DNA of 64,000 bases, from assembly GCF_006345805.1 (NCBI RefSeq), contig NC_043019.1:8493360-8557359 (forward strand). Direction: 5' to 3'. This DNA comes from Octopus sinensis. Lineage: Eukaryota. Shown here piece by piece: positions 52,452-64,000 of the stretch. The number at the start of each line of letters is the position of its first letter. The first letter of the stretch is position 1. Position numbers and translations under genes: made by a program. The notes under the pieces are model-generated. The model searched no databases, was not told the DNA's origin, and saw nothing but the letters and a program-made list of their open reading frames with translations.

Positions 52452-52660
52452 CAGGGGTTCTCAAATATTTTACCTTGGACCCCTTTAATTTCTATTTAAC
52501 TCGGAAGGATTCTGTTATATTTTCGAATTATATATTGTAAGTAAATTTAAGTAAATGAGAAAAGCGTTAGAATATTTTGTGTTGTAAAAATATAACCAGT
52601 TTAAAGAAAACCTTATTTGGACCGCCCAAGGGCCATATGAATCTAGGGTGAGTGAAACGG
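52452..52660. mobile_element. Degenerate hAT-like MITE
   Basis: Begins caggggttctcaaa, a typical hAT/Charlie-like terminus; the right end is only weakly recognisable. Confidence 0.45.
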
Positions 52661-53046
52661 AATTATATGCTTACCAAAATGAATAGAATACTATCATAAA
52701 CTTTTTCAAATATGATATTGCAATGATTGTTATCTGTTATATTATTTTTAAACCGTTATTTGACCCCTTTCGTAATACTTTACAAAAATAGAAATAGTTA
52801 CGAAGACATGTAAATATACATGAAACTGGGCGTCTACGAGTGTTTTTAACAGATTATGCAACTCTGTCTCACGCAAATCTTTATATATGTGTGTGTGTGT
52901 GCTTACATAAATAAAGCTATAGTATATATATAATTACTATTTCTGACTGTATGTATACATATACATTATATTATATATATATATAATATACACATTTATA
53001 TCTTTAAAACGATCTATATATATGCATATATGATTATATATATATA

Positions 53047-53117
<71 letters not shown>

Positions 53118-53413
53118 TTTGAAATTATTTGTTCACATAAATATCTGTGTATACAATCATACTTCTTTCTGTTAACTTCTATATATAAGTGAAAACGTAT
53201 ATGCACGACTCCGTGCATTTATGTGTGTGTCTGCATGTATGTGTATCTGCATTCATATATGCGTTTACATGTTTATCTGCCTGTATTAATACTTATGCTA
53301 TTTTTGGCAATAACCTTGTTGAAATCAGATAACAAAACAGAATTCTCAAAGACTTGACATTAATATTTGTCACTATATGTCTGTGTAAAATGTTAACACT
53401 CGTACGTACAAAG

Positions 53414-53447
<34 letters not shown>

Positions 53448-54039
53448 ACACACACAAACATACATTCACACACTCACACACACGCAGATACACACATGCA
53501 TACACACACTTACAGTATGTATACCATGGCATCTTTTGTACACACCCGTTCGCTTTTATATCTTGTATATGACTAAGAACAGGTGACATTGCAAGCTTTA
53601 TATCAAGTTTCTTTTTATTTACAGTTTCTGATTTTTTTTTAGTATTCCGCGTTTCTCCTTTGTGTATAAATGCGCAAGTTCTGATCCATGTGCAGGCGAT
53701 ATTATTTCTGTCGTAACACTTTAATTCTGCTTACTAGATTATAGGTCCTTACGTGCGATCAGTTTTCCCCATAGCCATTTCGTTACGGAGGTTGAAGTTG
53801 GCCATTAGCTGCTTCATTTCATCCTTTATTCCAATCTAACAGTTCGTGAAATTGCCATCCCCCCCACCTCTTTGTTTTCCTATTACGCTATAATTAATAG
53901 AATGTGTCTGAAAGTATTTATACGTAATGTCGTTCTGTTGCCTTATTCAGAAATACACTAAAGCGTTCACGCTACATTTTCTCAGTACTCCTCTCTAATA
54001 TAGGCATTAGCCCTGGAAGTCAGGTGAAGGAGCTAGTCG

Positions 54040-54341
54040 GTAAAATTAACCTGGCTGTACAGCTGGTACTTATTTTATGGACCTCAAAACTATGAAAGGT
54101 ACAATCGACCGCAGCGAAATTTGAAATCAGAATGTAAGTTCAGGAGAAATACCTATTTCTTTACTACCCACAAGGGGCTAAACACAGAGAGGACAAACAA
54201 ACTGGTACTTAATTTATCGACTCCGAAAGGATGAAAGGCAAAGTCGACCTCGGCGGAATTTGAACATAGAACGTAACGGCAGACGAAATACCGCAAAGCA
54301 TTTCGCACGACGTGCTAACGGTTCTGCCAGCTCGCCGCCTT
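54040..54341 (-). mobile_element. Young internally deleted SINE (54154-54341) joined to an older headless body (54040-54153)
   Basis: Junction gaaatacc at 54146-54153. Confidence 0.9.
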
Positions 54342-56890
54342 CCATCTTTTAATATTCGCAATTCTACAACATAAATTCATATGTAAAGTAAATGCCGGTC
54401 TGTGAAATAACGCATAGAGAACATCAATTCATAAGCTCTTTTAATATAGATTTAAAAAATAGAATAATTATTCCTAACAATACTCTAAACGAAACGGCCG
54501 TCAGATTTTGAAATACCCACGTATTTGGAGAACCTGTAAGAATTTTTAGCGAAATATCTAAGAAACGTCACCATGTATTCTAAGAGAACAATGGAAAAAT
54601 TCTTCAAATATGTTTAACAACGGATTGTTCGTAGCCAGAATATATTGACCACGTGTGTGCTCGAGCTGTGTTTGGTAGGGATCATAATTAACAGTACAAA
54701 TATTAAATGAAGTCTTTCAATTTTATGCAATTCACGCACACACACAATTAGATATTGTTGTAGGATAATAAAAAAAGAGTACAGGAAGTAGCCACATCCG
54801 AATAATTTTCTTCCTAATATGCACAAATCAGAGACAATATCATCGCAATTAGAAATATTTAATTATAAGGTACTTGTGTCAATGTAGCGATGCGGATGAA
54901 TAAGGATCTTTTACAAAAACCAGCATTTCAAATGTGGGCATCAATTATATATCGATGCCAGTTCATGATTTTTACTTCATTTCATTATTTTACCGATCGT
55001 TAGACGTTGTAGAGGCAGAAATGATCTCGGCAGTATTTGAACTCAGAACGGAAACGGCCGTAACGTTATACGACAATGCAATTTGTTCGACGCTTTCACA
55101 CCACTGACAACAAAATAACAATTACAAATAAATTGTCTTCAAGTTGGTAGGATTCCAGCCGTCAAAATATATTAGAAACTCCTCGAAAGTCTTAATCAAG
55201 TAAGACGCATAAGCAAGTCACCAATATCACTTGATACAGGATATTTCTATAAAGGCAGCTTCGTGTAATTTCGCTTAATGTCGGTCATTACTCATACGTC
55301 CAGTCTCTCTTGACACAATCGATATAAGACACAGACGCAAGCAAAGGCAAAAGCAACTGGCCTTTTAGCTCATTGCGAAATGCTAAAACCAGCATTAGCT
55401 GGATTCCGTTCAGCAATTTCTGTCTAGACAGTCTCTGTAATTCATCAAAATTACATAATATGGTCGTTCGCAAAGTTAACCATGCGCAAGGACTGTTCTG
55501 TTAGAGCTAAGTTATACGTCCTCTGTATTTTTACTAAACATTCTGGCATTAACTCAAACCACACATTATATACGTTTCGATCGTTAATGGGACAGTCGCG
55601 TGTGATAATGTTGGAGAAAGAGGGAGCGTGAGTGAGTGAGAGAGAGAGAGTGAGAGAATGTTTGTAGTAATCTTTAAACAAATATTTCACAAATGTAAGA
55701 ATGTATCACAACGTTTTCTTGAAGATTTGACACAAATGTAGGAAATAGGAGACATTCGATCGACGCAAATGTATGGAATAAGTCCCAACCGATCGACGGG
55801 GCGTCTATCTAAGTTGTCTGATTATTTAGCTTTGTAGAAATGTAGAGATATCTCTCCACCGCCTTTCTCTCCCATTGTATATCCTGATGGCATAAAATCA
55901 CATGACATAATACAGTAAGACATTCGTTATGAAGAAAACAGACGGAATTGTCAGCGGTGGAATGCTTTCGATCGCATATCTCTGTGCTCAGGTTTAACCC
56001 GGGGCTAAAAATGAATAACAATTAAATACGCAACTAAACTAAAGATAGCAACGCTTTCCTTGAATAATTTGTTAAAATAAGGAACTTTATCTCTCCTTGA
56101 TTATTAGACAAGAGTAAGGGAAATATAGCTTGATGAAGACCCAAATATGCAAAGTTTCTAAAGGGTACTACGTGATGGTCACGGCTGGTATTCCATTGAT
56201 TATTATCTTATTCAATGAAGGACTTCAACTTGGAGCTTCTACAAGCGATCGCACTGCTAAAAGGAGCAGTCAAATCTTTGATTATGAAAGGGTACTGTCT
56301 CAAAAAGATTGCATAATTTCGCCCAAACTGTGGAAATTGACGGGACGGACACGGGAGGGCGCGTTGTGATTATGATCCCGATACCAGGTGTTTGCGAAGT
56401 AAACTTCTTACCACACAGTACACCTGTATTCTGTCGTACATTATGGTAATTGGGTCTGATATTTCCGATAAACATGGGATTATCCAGATTGCAATAAACA
56501 CAACTCGTATGCGTGATTTAGTATCTCCTGTAACGTTTCATAATAAACGCCATTTTAATAGATTTCATTTTGCTCAAAGCCATTGGCTGAAGACATAATG
56601 GCTCGTGTCGTGAGAAGAAATTTTAAAACATTGTAGTAGAGATAATATCTTTGTATTTCAAGTATTAAGTTTATTTCGATACACATTACACCAAACAACA
56701 TAAGCATACAAACACGAGCATGTAGACTCGGACACATATGCGAATATGTAAAATACACAAGCACACACACAAACGCATATGTGAGCTATATTCCTATATG
56801 AAGTTATGTGTTTGTGTATGTGTGTATGTGTGTGTATAAATGTATGCATGACCGTATATATGCCTGTATGCATGCGTCTATGTATGTATG

Positions 56891-56936
<46 letters not shown>

Positions 56937-57032
56937 GTGTGTGTGTGTGTGTGCATGTGTGTGTGTATACATATATATCTATATCTATGTACATTTATCT
57001 ATATACATATATATATTTATATACATATAAAT

Positions 57033-57075
<43 letters not shown>

Positions 57076-57089
57076 CATACATACATATT

Positions 57090-57124
<35 letters not shown>

Positions 57125-57172
57125 GTATATATATATACATAAATATATTTATCTCTCTCTCTCTCTCTCTCG

Positions 57173-57205
<33 letters not shown>

Positions 57206-57409
57206 TAAACATAGATCCGAGGGAAGTCAGAATGTAATGCATTACATGAAGGAAAATATATTGTATATAGTCTTTAAGAATCTCTAGTTGACATCAGTCT
57301 CTGTTCACCATTATCTAACAAACTATCTATATTTTGGTATTTCTATCATCTAGCAATCTTCGGCTATATGTGTATGTGCATGTGTACGTATGTGTGTATA
57401 TCATATTAT

Positions 57410-57640
57410 AAAGGCCGGCCAAAAGTAATCCGACAGTAAATCAAAAGTCCTTTAATACCTTCTGTAATTCTATATTGACTCGAATGGGAAAATGTGTCGC
57501 TCAAGAGAGACTCCAGTTGGAACTATTTTCCTGATGTTTCATATTTCGATGCTTTTCTTTTTAAGTCATTCAGTTGTTAAACCTGAATAAATCTTAAATG
57601 GTTTTGATTTACTGTCAGGTGACTTTTGGCCAGCACTGTA
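57410..57640. mobile_element. Tc1/mariner-derived MITE
   Basis: TIR ggccaaaagt(aatcc/cacct)gacagtaaatcaaaa at 57417-57446 and 57602-57631; the right end reads CAGTGCTGGCC on the minus strand and is followed by TA. Confidence 0.8.
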
Positions 57641-58602
57641 TATGTATCATAATATATATTAGTATGTGTGTGTGTGTGCGCGCGCACACATCTATTTACA
57701 TGTTTATGCGAATGCGTTCACATGTAAATTAGAAAGAGTTTGTCTCAGTTTACGTTGTACATTTTCGCTAAGGCATATCAGCGAGAAGTTTATTTCATAT
57801 AATTAATTGCCAGAAAAATTTGACAGCGTTTAGTAAAGTTTGAAAGTATTTGACAGCAGTCACAATATACGCGTGTCTGGCGTTTAAATTCGCTAAGTGG
57901 TATAGAAATTTAGCAATTAAGCGTCTGTTAAGTAGTAAGTATGAAAAGCATTTTACAGTAAGTTATACGTTTTAACTAATTAACCGGTGGATTGCTGCTG
58001 AGCCAATGAAATATGCCAATAAGCAGATGGTTTTCGTGGTACATAGACATAACGAAATTCTTCTCAAACCACATTCCACCGATATAAATAATGGAAAGGA
58101 AGGGCACGTTTGTTATGTGCCTGTAAAACAAATAGCAAAATGTGTATTGGATTGGCAGTGGTGGAACAAAATAAATTAATGATAGATTTAGTTTATGTGG
58201 ATGGATGTTAGGCTTAACAACATGAAGAGTAAATATGAGCAGCGGCAAACAACACGAGGAGCTTCTTTCCCGATCTTTTGTAAATATAAAACGAAATATC
58301 TGCCAATAAAGACAAGGTGCGTTCTTCATTCTCGTGCGTTAAGCGGAAACGTAATGTGATCGTCAGGCGATTAACGAGCGCCAAATAAATGGCCAGGGAC
58401 GAAAGAACCAAAGGCATTTCCTCTAACATGCTGCTCGTTATATTTTAATTCTTTCTGCTTTTGAATTGGGGCTTTGAAATCAGATGTATCCCATCTCTAT
58501 GAACGATAAATTAATAGCTCTGTAATTTTTGAGATCAAAAGATGAAACTTAGTTTCTTGGTGACGAAACTAGTCAGATTGGTGAATACATGGTCTTTTCT
58601 TA

Positions 58603-58649
58603 TTTTACTAGTTTCAGTCATTTGACTGCAGCCGTACTGGAGCAACACT

Positions 58650-58712
<63 letters not shown>

Positions 58713-58743
58713 CGCAGGAGTGGTTGTGTGGTAAGAAGCTTGC
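58603..58743. mobile_element. Two fragments of the 36652-type SINE either side of an (AT)n run
   Basis: 3' end on the minus strand at 58603-58648; 5' head ggcgcaggagtggttgtgtggtaag on the plus strand at 58711-58743. Confidence 0.75.
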
Positions 58744-60740
58744 ACTGAGAGGAATGTTGTTAGGATTTAAAATAGTAATTTTCTAAACTGACATTTATTC
58801 CCAGACGGACTGCAACAAATGCTTACACTCAAGTATGCTTGCGCAATCGCAAACACACACACACGTAGACACATGTTCACTAACTCATCCACAGCAGTAT
58901 TCCGTACGGTTTATCTTTAAGAAATTCACTAACAATACAATCGACGTCCCACGGGAAGCCCTGCACAGACTGCCTCGCACTAAAACTGACACAAAATACC
59001 TCAAATATTCAAAGTAATCTATTAAACCACAAAATCTAAACTGTATATATTACACATAATATTTGATATCTTATATCTATCTGGAAGGTAAATCGAGTTG
59101 GAAATGTAAATAAATTCACTTTCAACAACGGAATGCTATAACGCCATCAATTTTGCAATAACTTTTCAGAGAATGTTCTTTTTCGCCGTCAGATAATGGA
59201 GAATTTTATTTTTATGTCTGGTTTTATTTATATGGAAAACTTTCATGAAGAGGTCTGGTCTATAAAATAATTGACTCTGTTGAAATGGTTTTCACTTCGT
59301 ACATTGACAATTGCTGACGTCGTTATTGACTGATTGATCTGTTTAACCCAGTGTCAGCCGTCATCGAAGCCATTAATGTGAAAATTCGCTTCAATCTGAT
59401 CTTCATTCCCTCTTTCAGATGTAACGAACCTCAAACTACGTTAGCAGTCTTTCTCTTCCATATTATAACAGCAATGTGAAGTGAGTTACATTTGATGGCT
59501 ATTTCGTGTATATTTGTTTTTCCCAAGAATGTGGTGTTTGCCTCTTAGTTGATAACGCCGTTCAATGTTCTTCTTGAATGCATATATAGAAATACACTGC
59601 CAGTAACTTCTTATCGATTTTACTGCCATTTCTTATAAATCTAGCATGAAATAAAAACTATATATAGTATCCCATAGAAAACAATTTGTTTTGATAAATT
59701 CAACGGAATGCTCAATATAAAAAAAATATTATTGTATAAAATGAATTGCGATATGATATAGATTATAGTTTTTCAGGACCAGAACAATAATCTCTGATTG
59801 TGGTATAAAAATTGAATTTTAAGTCTTATCACTTTCATTTTCATCAAGATTTCCACCTACGTAGATACAGAATGAATTACCAAGAAACGCTAATCTTTCA
59901 AACAATCCAATGTTCAAAGATCTTTGTCGAGCCATAGGCATTTTGAATTTCGCTGTTTTGGTCCCAGTAATTGAATGACCAACTACAAAAGATTAAGTTA
60001 AAATTCAAATGATGTCATCTGACCATCCTCTGATATCTATAGGGACTCTACTGTAAGAGAAACATAAACAGTCAGGTATGCAAACACTCTTAAATGTATA
60101 TTCACATACAATTTAATAAACAAATTACGAAAGAGCTGCTGCTAGTACTTTCATGATTTTTACCATCCTTGAAAGAGGCAGATTTACGGAACACTCCAGG
60201 AATCTCCAAGCTGTCTTTCAGACTCTTTTTATGCTTTATATCTATTTTGAAATTGGGAAACGGAACTGTGCGAAATTGAGAATCACCACATATCTTTCTT
60301 CCCGTGTGTCTTTTCTCGTTTGCTCACCGTCCAGCGACATCCTTTAAAAATCAACGCATAAACAGAGCCTGGAAGATTGGTTGGAGCCACAGGGCATCTT
60401 TTATAAATCTGCCTGTTTAGGCTCTTTCGTAACTTGTGTGTTAGATTAATATCTATCTTTCATTAGATTATTAGTTTTCTTTTTGGTTCCACCTACTTTC
60501 TAAACGTTCATTTCACGAACCACTACTTGACGTAAAGTTCAACATAGTGTTTAAAGCTTACTTTAAAGCTTAAAGAGGACATACTTGGTTTATAGAGAAG
60601 ATTTTGTTCGACGCACCATCACATTTATAATCCCACTCCACTAGATCTGTATTATATTCAATACCTTACAACTAATAAAATGCAAAGTTGAAACCTTTGT
60701 GAGGTGAAATATTACCACAAAACATTATAACTAAGTGAAT

Positions 60741-61065
60741 AAGGCGGCGAGCTGGCAGAAGCGTTAGCACGCCGGGCGAAATGCTTAGCGGTATGTTGTC
60801 TGCTGCTACGTTCTGAGTTCAAATTCCGCTGAGGTCGACTTTGCCTTTCATCCTTTCAGAGTCGATTAAATTACTACCAGTTCCTGGGGTCGAATTGATC
60901 CGTTTGTCTGTCCTTGTTTGTCCCCTCTGTGTTTAGCCCCTTGTGGGTAGTAAAGAAATAGGTATTTCGTCAGTCTTTACTTTCTGAGTTCAAATTCCGC
61001 CGAGGTTGACTTTGCCTTTCACCCTCCCCAGAAATTTCGGGCCTTGTGCCTAGAGTAGAAAAGAA
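60741..61065 (+). mobile_element. Full SINE (60741-60960) followed by an older headless body
   Basis: Tail gtagtaaagaaata, then ggtatttc (60961-68) and a second body. Confidence 0.92.
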
Positions 61066-61238
61066 AAGTTTATAACTGGATGAGTATCAATTCGCAAACA
61101 TATAGATTTGAATATTGACGTTTAAACAACGTACGTATCTTAGAGACAAAATAATCCCCCAAACAGGAAATGAAGTGAGCCCTTAAGTTGACGATCGCTT
61201 AAATATAAGCGTACACACAGACACACACGCATGCATAC

Positions 61239-61460
61239 AAACCCGAGTCGAAAAGGTCTGCAGAGCTGGAGGAGAAAAGACGACGACAGAAGGAGCGCCA
61301 ACAACAGCCACGTGCGACTCTCCCTTCCGGCACTAGACGTCCGCACTGTGTCCGATCTTTTCGAGCAAGAATTGGTCTTATCAGTCACCTGCGGACTCAC
61401 CAATAAATTTGCGCGAAGATCATCATCCTCGACCTTGATGGATTGCCATAGTAGTAGTAG
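61239..61460 (+). mobile_element. 3' end of an RTE-clade LINE
   Basis: ELEEKRRRQKERQQQPRATLPSGTRRPHCVRSFRARIGLISHLRTHQ* (stop 61404-06): the RTE C-terminal zinc-finger-like tail with its first Cys replaced by Arg, then a short 3' UTR and (TAG)n tail. Confidence 0.9.
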
Positions 61461-61927
61461 CATACAAACACATATATATGTACATAAATGCATATTTTTT
61501 ATGTATTTACATGTATATATATGTGTGTGTGTGTGTGTCTGTATTTGAGCATGTCCCTGTATGTGTGTCTATGGCCGTGTGTTTGTGTGTGGTATGCGTG
61601 TATGAGCCTTTGTATGTACATTTATATCGATGTGCGTTTTTTTCTGCGTGTCTGTCTCTGCGTCAATCTCTTACTTTTGTATATATTTATGCGTGCACAT
61701 GCACATACACACACATGCACACAATATATATATATAAGTGTGTGTGTGTGTGTGCGTGTGTGCATACACCTACACACCTAAGTACATATATGTGTGTGCA
61801 TGTTTGTTTGTGTGTCTCTCTAAAACTTCACGTCTTTAACAATCACTCGACAAAAATACCATCTGCTAATAAGGAATTAATGCTATTATTATCTAACTTC
61901 AGAACGGTGTGGGAAATAACAACACAA

Positions 61928-62019
61928 TCCTCATCGTCATCATCTCCATCTTCATCCTCATCCTTCTAATCATCATCATTATCATCATCATAATCATCAT
62001 CCTCATCACCATCATCCTT

Positions 62020-62050
<31 letters not shown>

Positions 62051-62180
62051 CCATCCTCATCGCATTCATCACCATCATCATTCCCATCATCACTATCGTC
62101 GTCATCATTGTCTTCATCATCACTAGCAGCATGAGCATCATCCTAACCACAATCGTCTTCATCCTCATCATCTTCATTAT
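61928..62180. repeat. Degenerate (CAT)n tract
   Basis: Direct reading. Confidence 0.92.
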
Positions 62181-64000
62181 CGCTATTCCTATCCTCAGGA
62201 AAAGATGCCAACATAGCATAAAAGCTTACCTTGATAAATGAATTCCTAGCAAACGCATTTTGACAGAACTGACAGCTTTTGTATAAAGTACTGCCTACAT
62301 ATATTTATGTGCACAGTCGCCGGTGTGTGTGTGTGGCAGTGTGTTTGTATGTGTATACGTGTGGCGATGTGTGGTGTGTGTATGTGGGAGCGTGTGTGGT
62401 ATGGTGTGTGTGCGCGTGTGGTGTGTGTATGTGAGATTGTGTGTCTGACTCTATGTGTGAGCTTATCATTGTGTTTTTCTTCTGAGTACTATCATTTTCT
62501 AAGAAATATATTTTGCTATGATAGTTTACGTTAAACAACGCTTTATATCGTAGGTTGTGCGTATATTATGTATATATAAATATATATATATATATGTCTG
62601 TGTTCACTCACAAATTACGCTACAAATATATGCAGAACGCATATTCATACACACATCTCTTTCTCTCTCTCGTTGTATATATATTATATATATATAATAT
62701 ATATATATATATATTATATATATATATATACATATATAAGTATGTGTATTGTTCTTTGTGTGTGTGTCCGTGTTTATATTCTCCGACGTAATGTAGTGTA
62801 TGAAAATGTATTACACTACGGAAAGCCCTTTTCGTTGCATCATTTTCTGACACGTTCAAAATACTCATGACTGGTGTCACCGAGTTCTCTCTCATCCAAT
62901 TGTTCAAGAGACAGCAGCTGAGCGATGAGTGTCCCCTTAGTTGCTGCTGAATGAGACAATGGACGTAAACATGATGATATACCAGAAAACTCGATTATAT
63001 ATTAAAAGCTCTTGTTTTCGCTAATCAAAAGTGACAAACGGTTCAATGATATTTTGCTTCTTGCCAAAATCATAGGTACACCAAATCCCAATTTATCACA
63101 GGTACTCTTGGTTCACATCCACACACCTATGATGAGCTGCTTGCACACCTTGTCAGAGACTCAAAACCTATCTTGATCACTAACTTTTAATTTAAAATAT
63201 GTAAAATATTTGGCCTTTCTCCTGGAATGGTAAAAGTGCCACAGATATAGGAAATGGGATTTATGGTGTGAAAGAGAAGGGGTAGACATGATCTGAAAGA
63301 AAGAAAATATATATGTGAATACGAAATAAGATGTCACAAGCTTAGAAAAGATAAAAGCTTACATAATGTATGCTAATTATATGAATACAGACTTTTATTT
63401 TATTATTTTGTTGCAGAATATTATAGTAATCAGCTATAAAGGGAGGTCACTGGGGTTTGTCACCAATTAGTATACGAAAATTCCATATAAATATATATGA
63501 ATATGCAACCCAAATTGAATATACATACGTATTCATTAACACCAATACCCATAAGGAAAACGAACAAGGCTGAATATAAAGCCTCAAACCCAAGGATAGA
63601 ATCGCTCCACGTTTCAAACAGTGTTTTCCCTCGGTTCAAAGCTGTGCCCTCTCTCCTCAACTGCCTAAGTCTTTTTTTCTGACCTGCAACCTTCGGATCA
63701 TCTACTTGTCGCTCCCTTATCTTGACCACATTGATGTACGAGCATGCATCAGTGCACCAGGTGAGCTTGCAGCCTCCATTTTGAGACAGGACCTCGATTC
63801 TCAAGGATCCAAGACCAGCAAAGATATTTGATTGGTCAATAATCGTGATTTACTTTTTAGAGAGAGATTTTATACTCTCTCTCAGCTGCCATACTTTACA
63901 AAGATCAATAGAAAATCGTCAGAACTGACAAATGCTCACTCATTATCCTTAAGATGAGGAAAACAGTCGGCTGACCAATCTTATTATTTACGTGAAAACA

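Noticed and set aside
55685-55780. Repeated HKC/RKC codons suggesting C2H2 zinc fingers
   Set aside because: Spacing of ~35-42 bp with immediate stops, and no second Cys or His pair.
61899-62241. Poly-Ile and poly-Met membrane-like ORFs
   Set aside because: Translations of the (CAT)n tract.
62980-63960. Possible DIRS or Gypsy pol remnants
   Set aside because: No diagnostic motif could be read in any frame with confidence.

Overview
AT-rich, microsatellite-saturated eukaryotic DNA with no confidently identifiable protein-coding gene. The SINE families, RTE and R4/Dong LINE fragments and the density of (AT)n, (AC)n, (AGAT)n and (AAT)n runs point to a coleoid cephalopod, most likely Octopus; this is inference from remembered repeat families, not a database search. 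Nearly all ORFs in the supplied track are translations of microsatellites. Recognisable content: many tRNA-derived SINEs, a young 5'-truncated R4/Dong-type retrotransposon inside a (TAA)n run, RTE 3' fragments, a decayed Tc1/mariner transposase, several MITE-like foldbacks, an LTR plus primer-binding-site remnant and a TSD-flanked tRNA-Ala retrocopy. The standout is a non-coding head-to-tail array of three ~600-bp units (45131-46977). Each unit carries a type I hammerhead ribozyme motif, perfect in copy 1 (CUGAAGA core, GAAA, GUC cleavage triplet, 6-bp stem I, palindromic stem III). This is a candidate retrozyme-like system that would yield ~600-nt linear or circular RNAs. A solitary hammerhead (4507-4551) and two hammerhead-like variants (7532, 13401) also occur.
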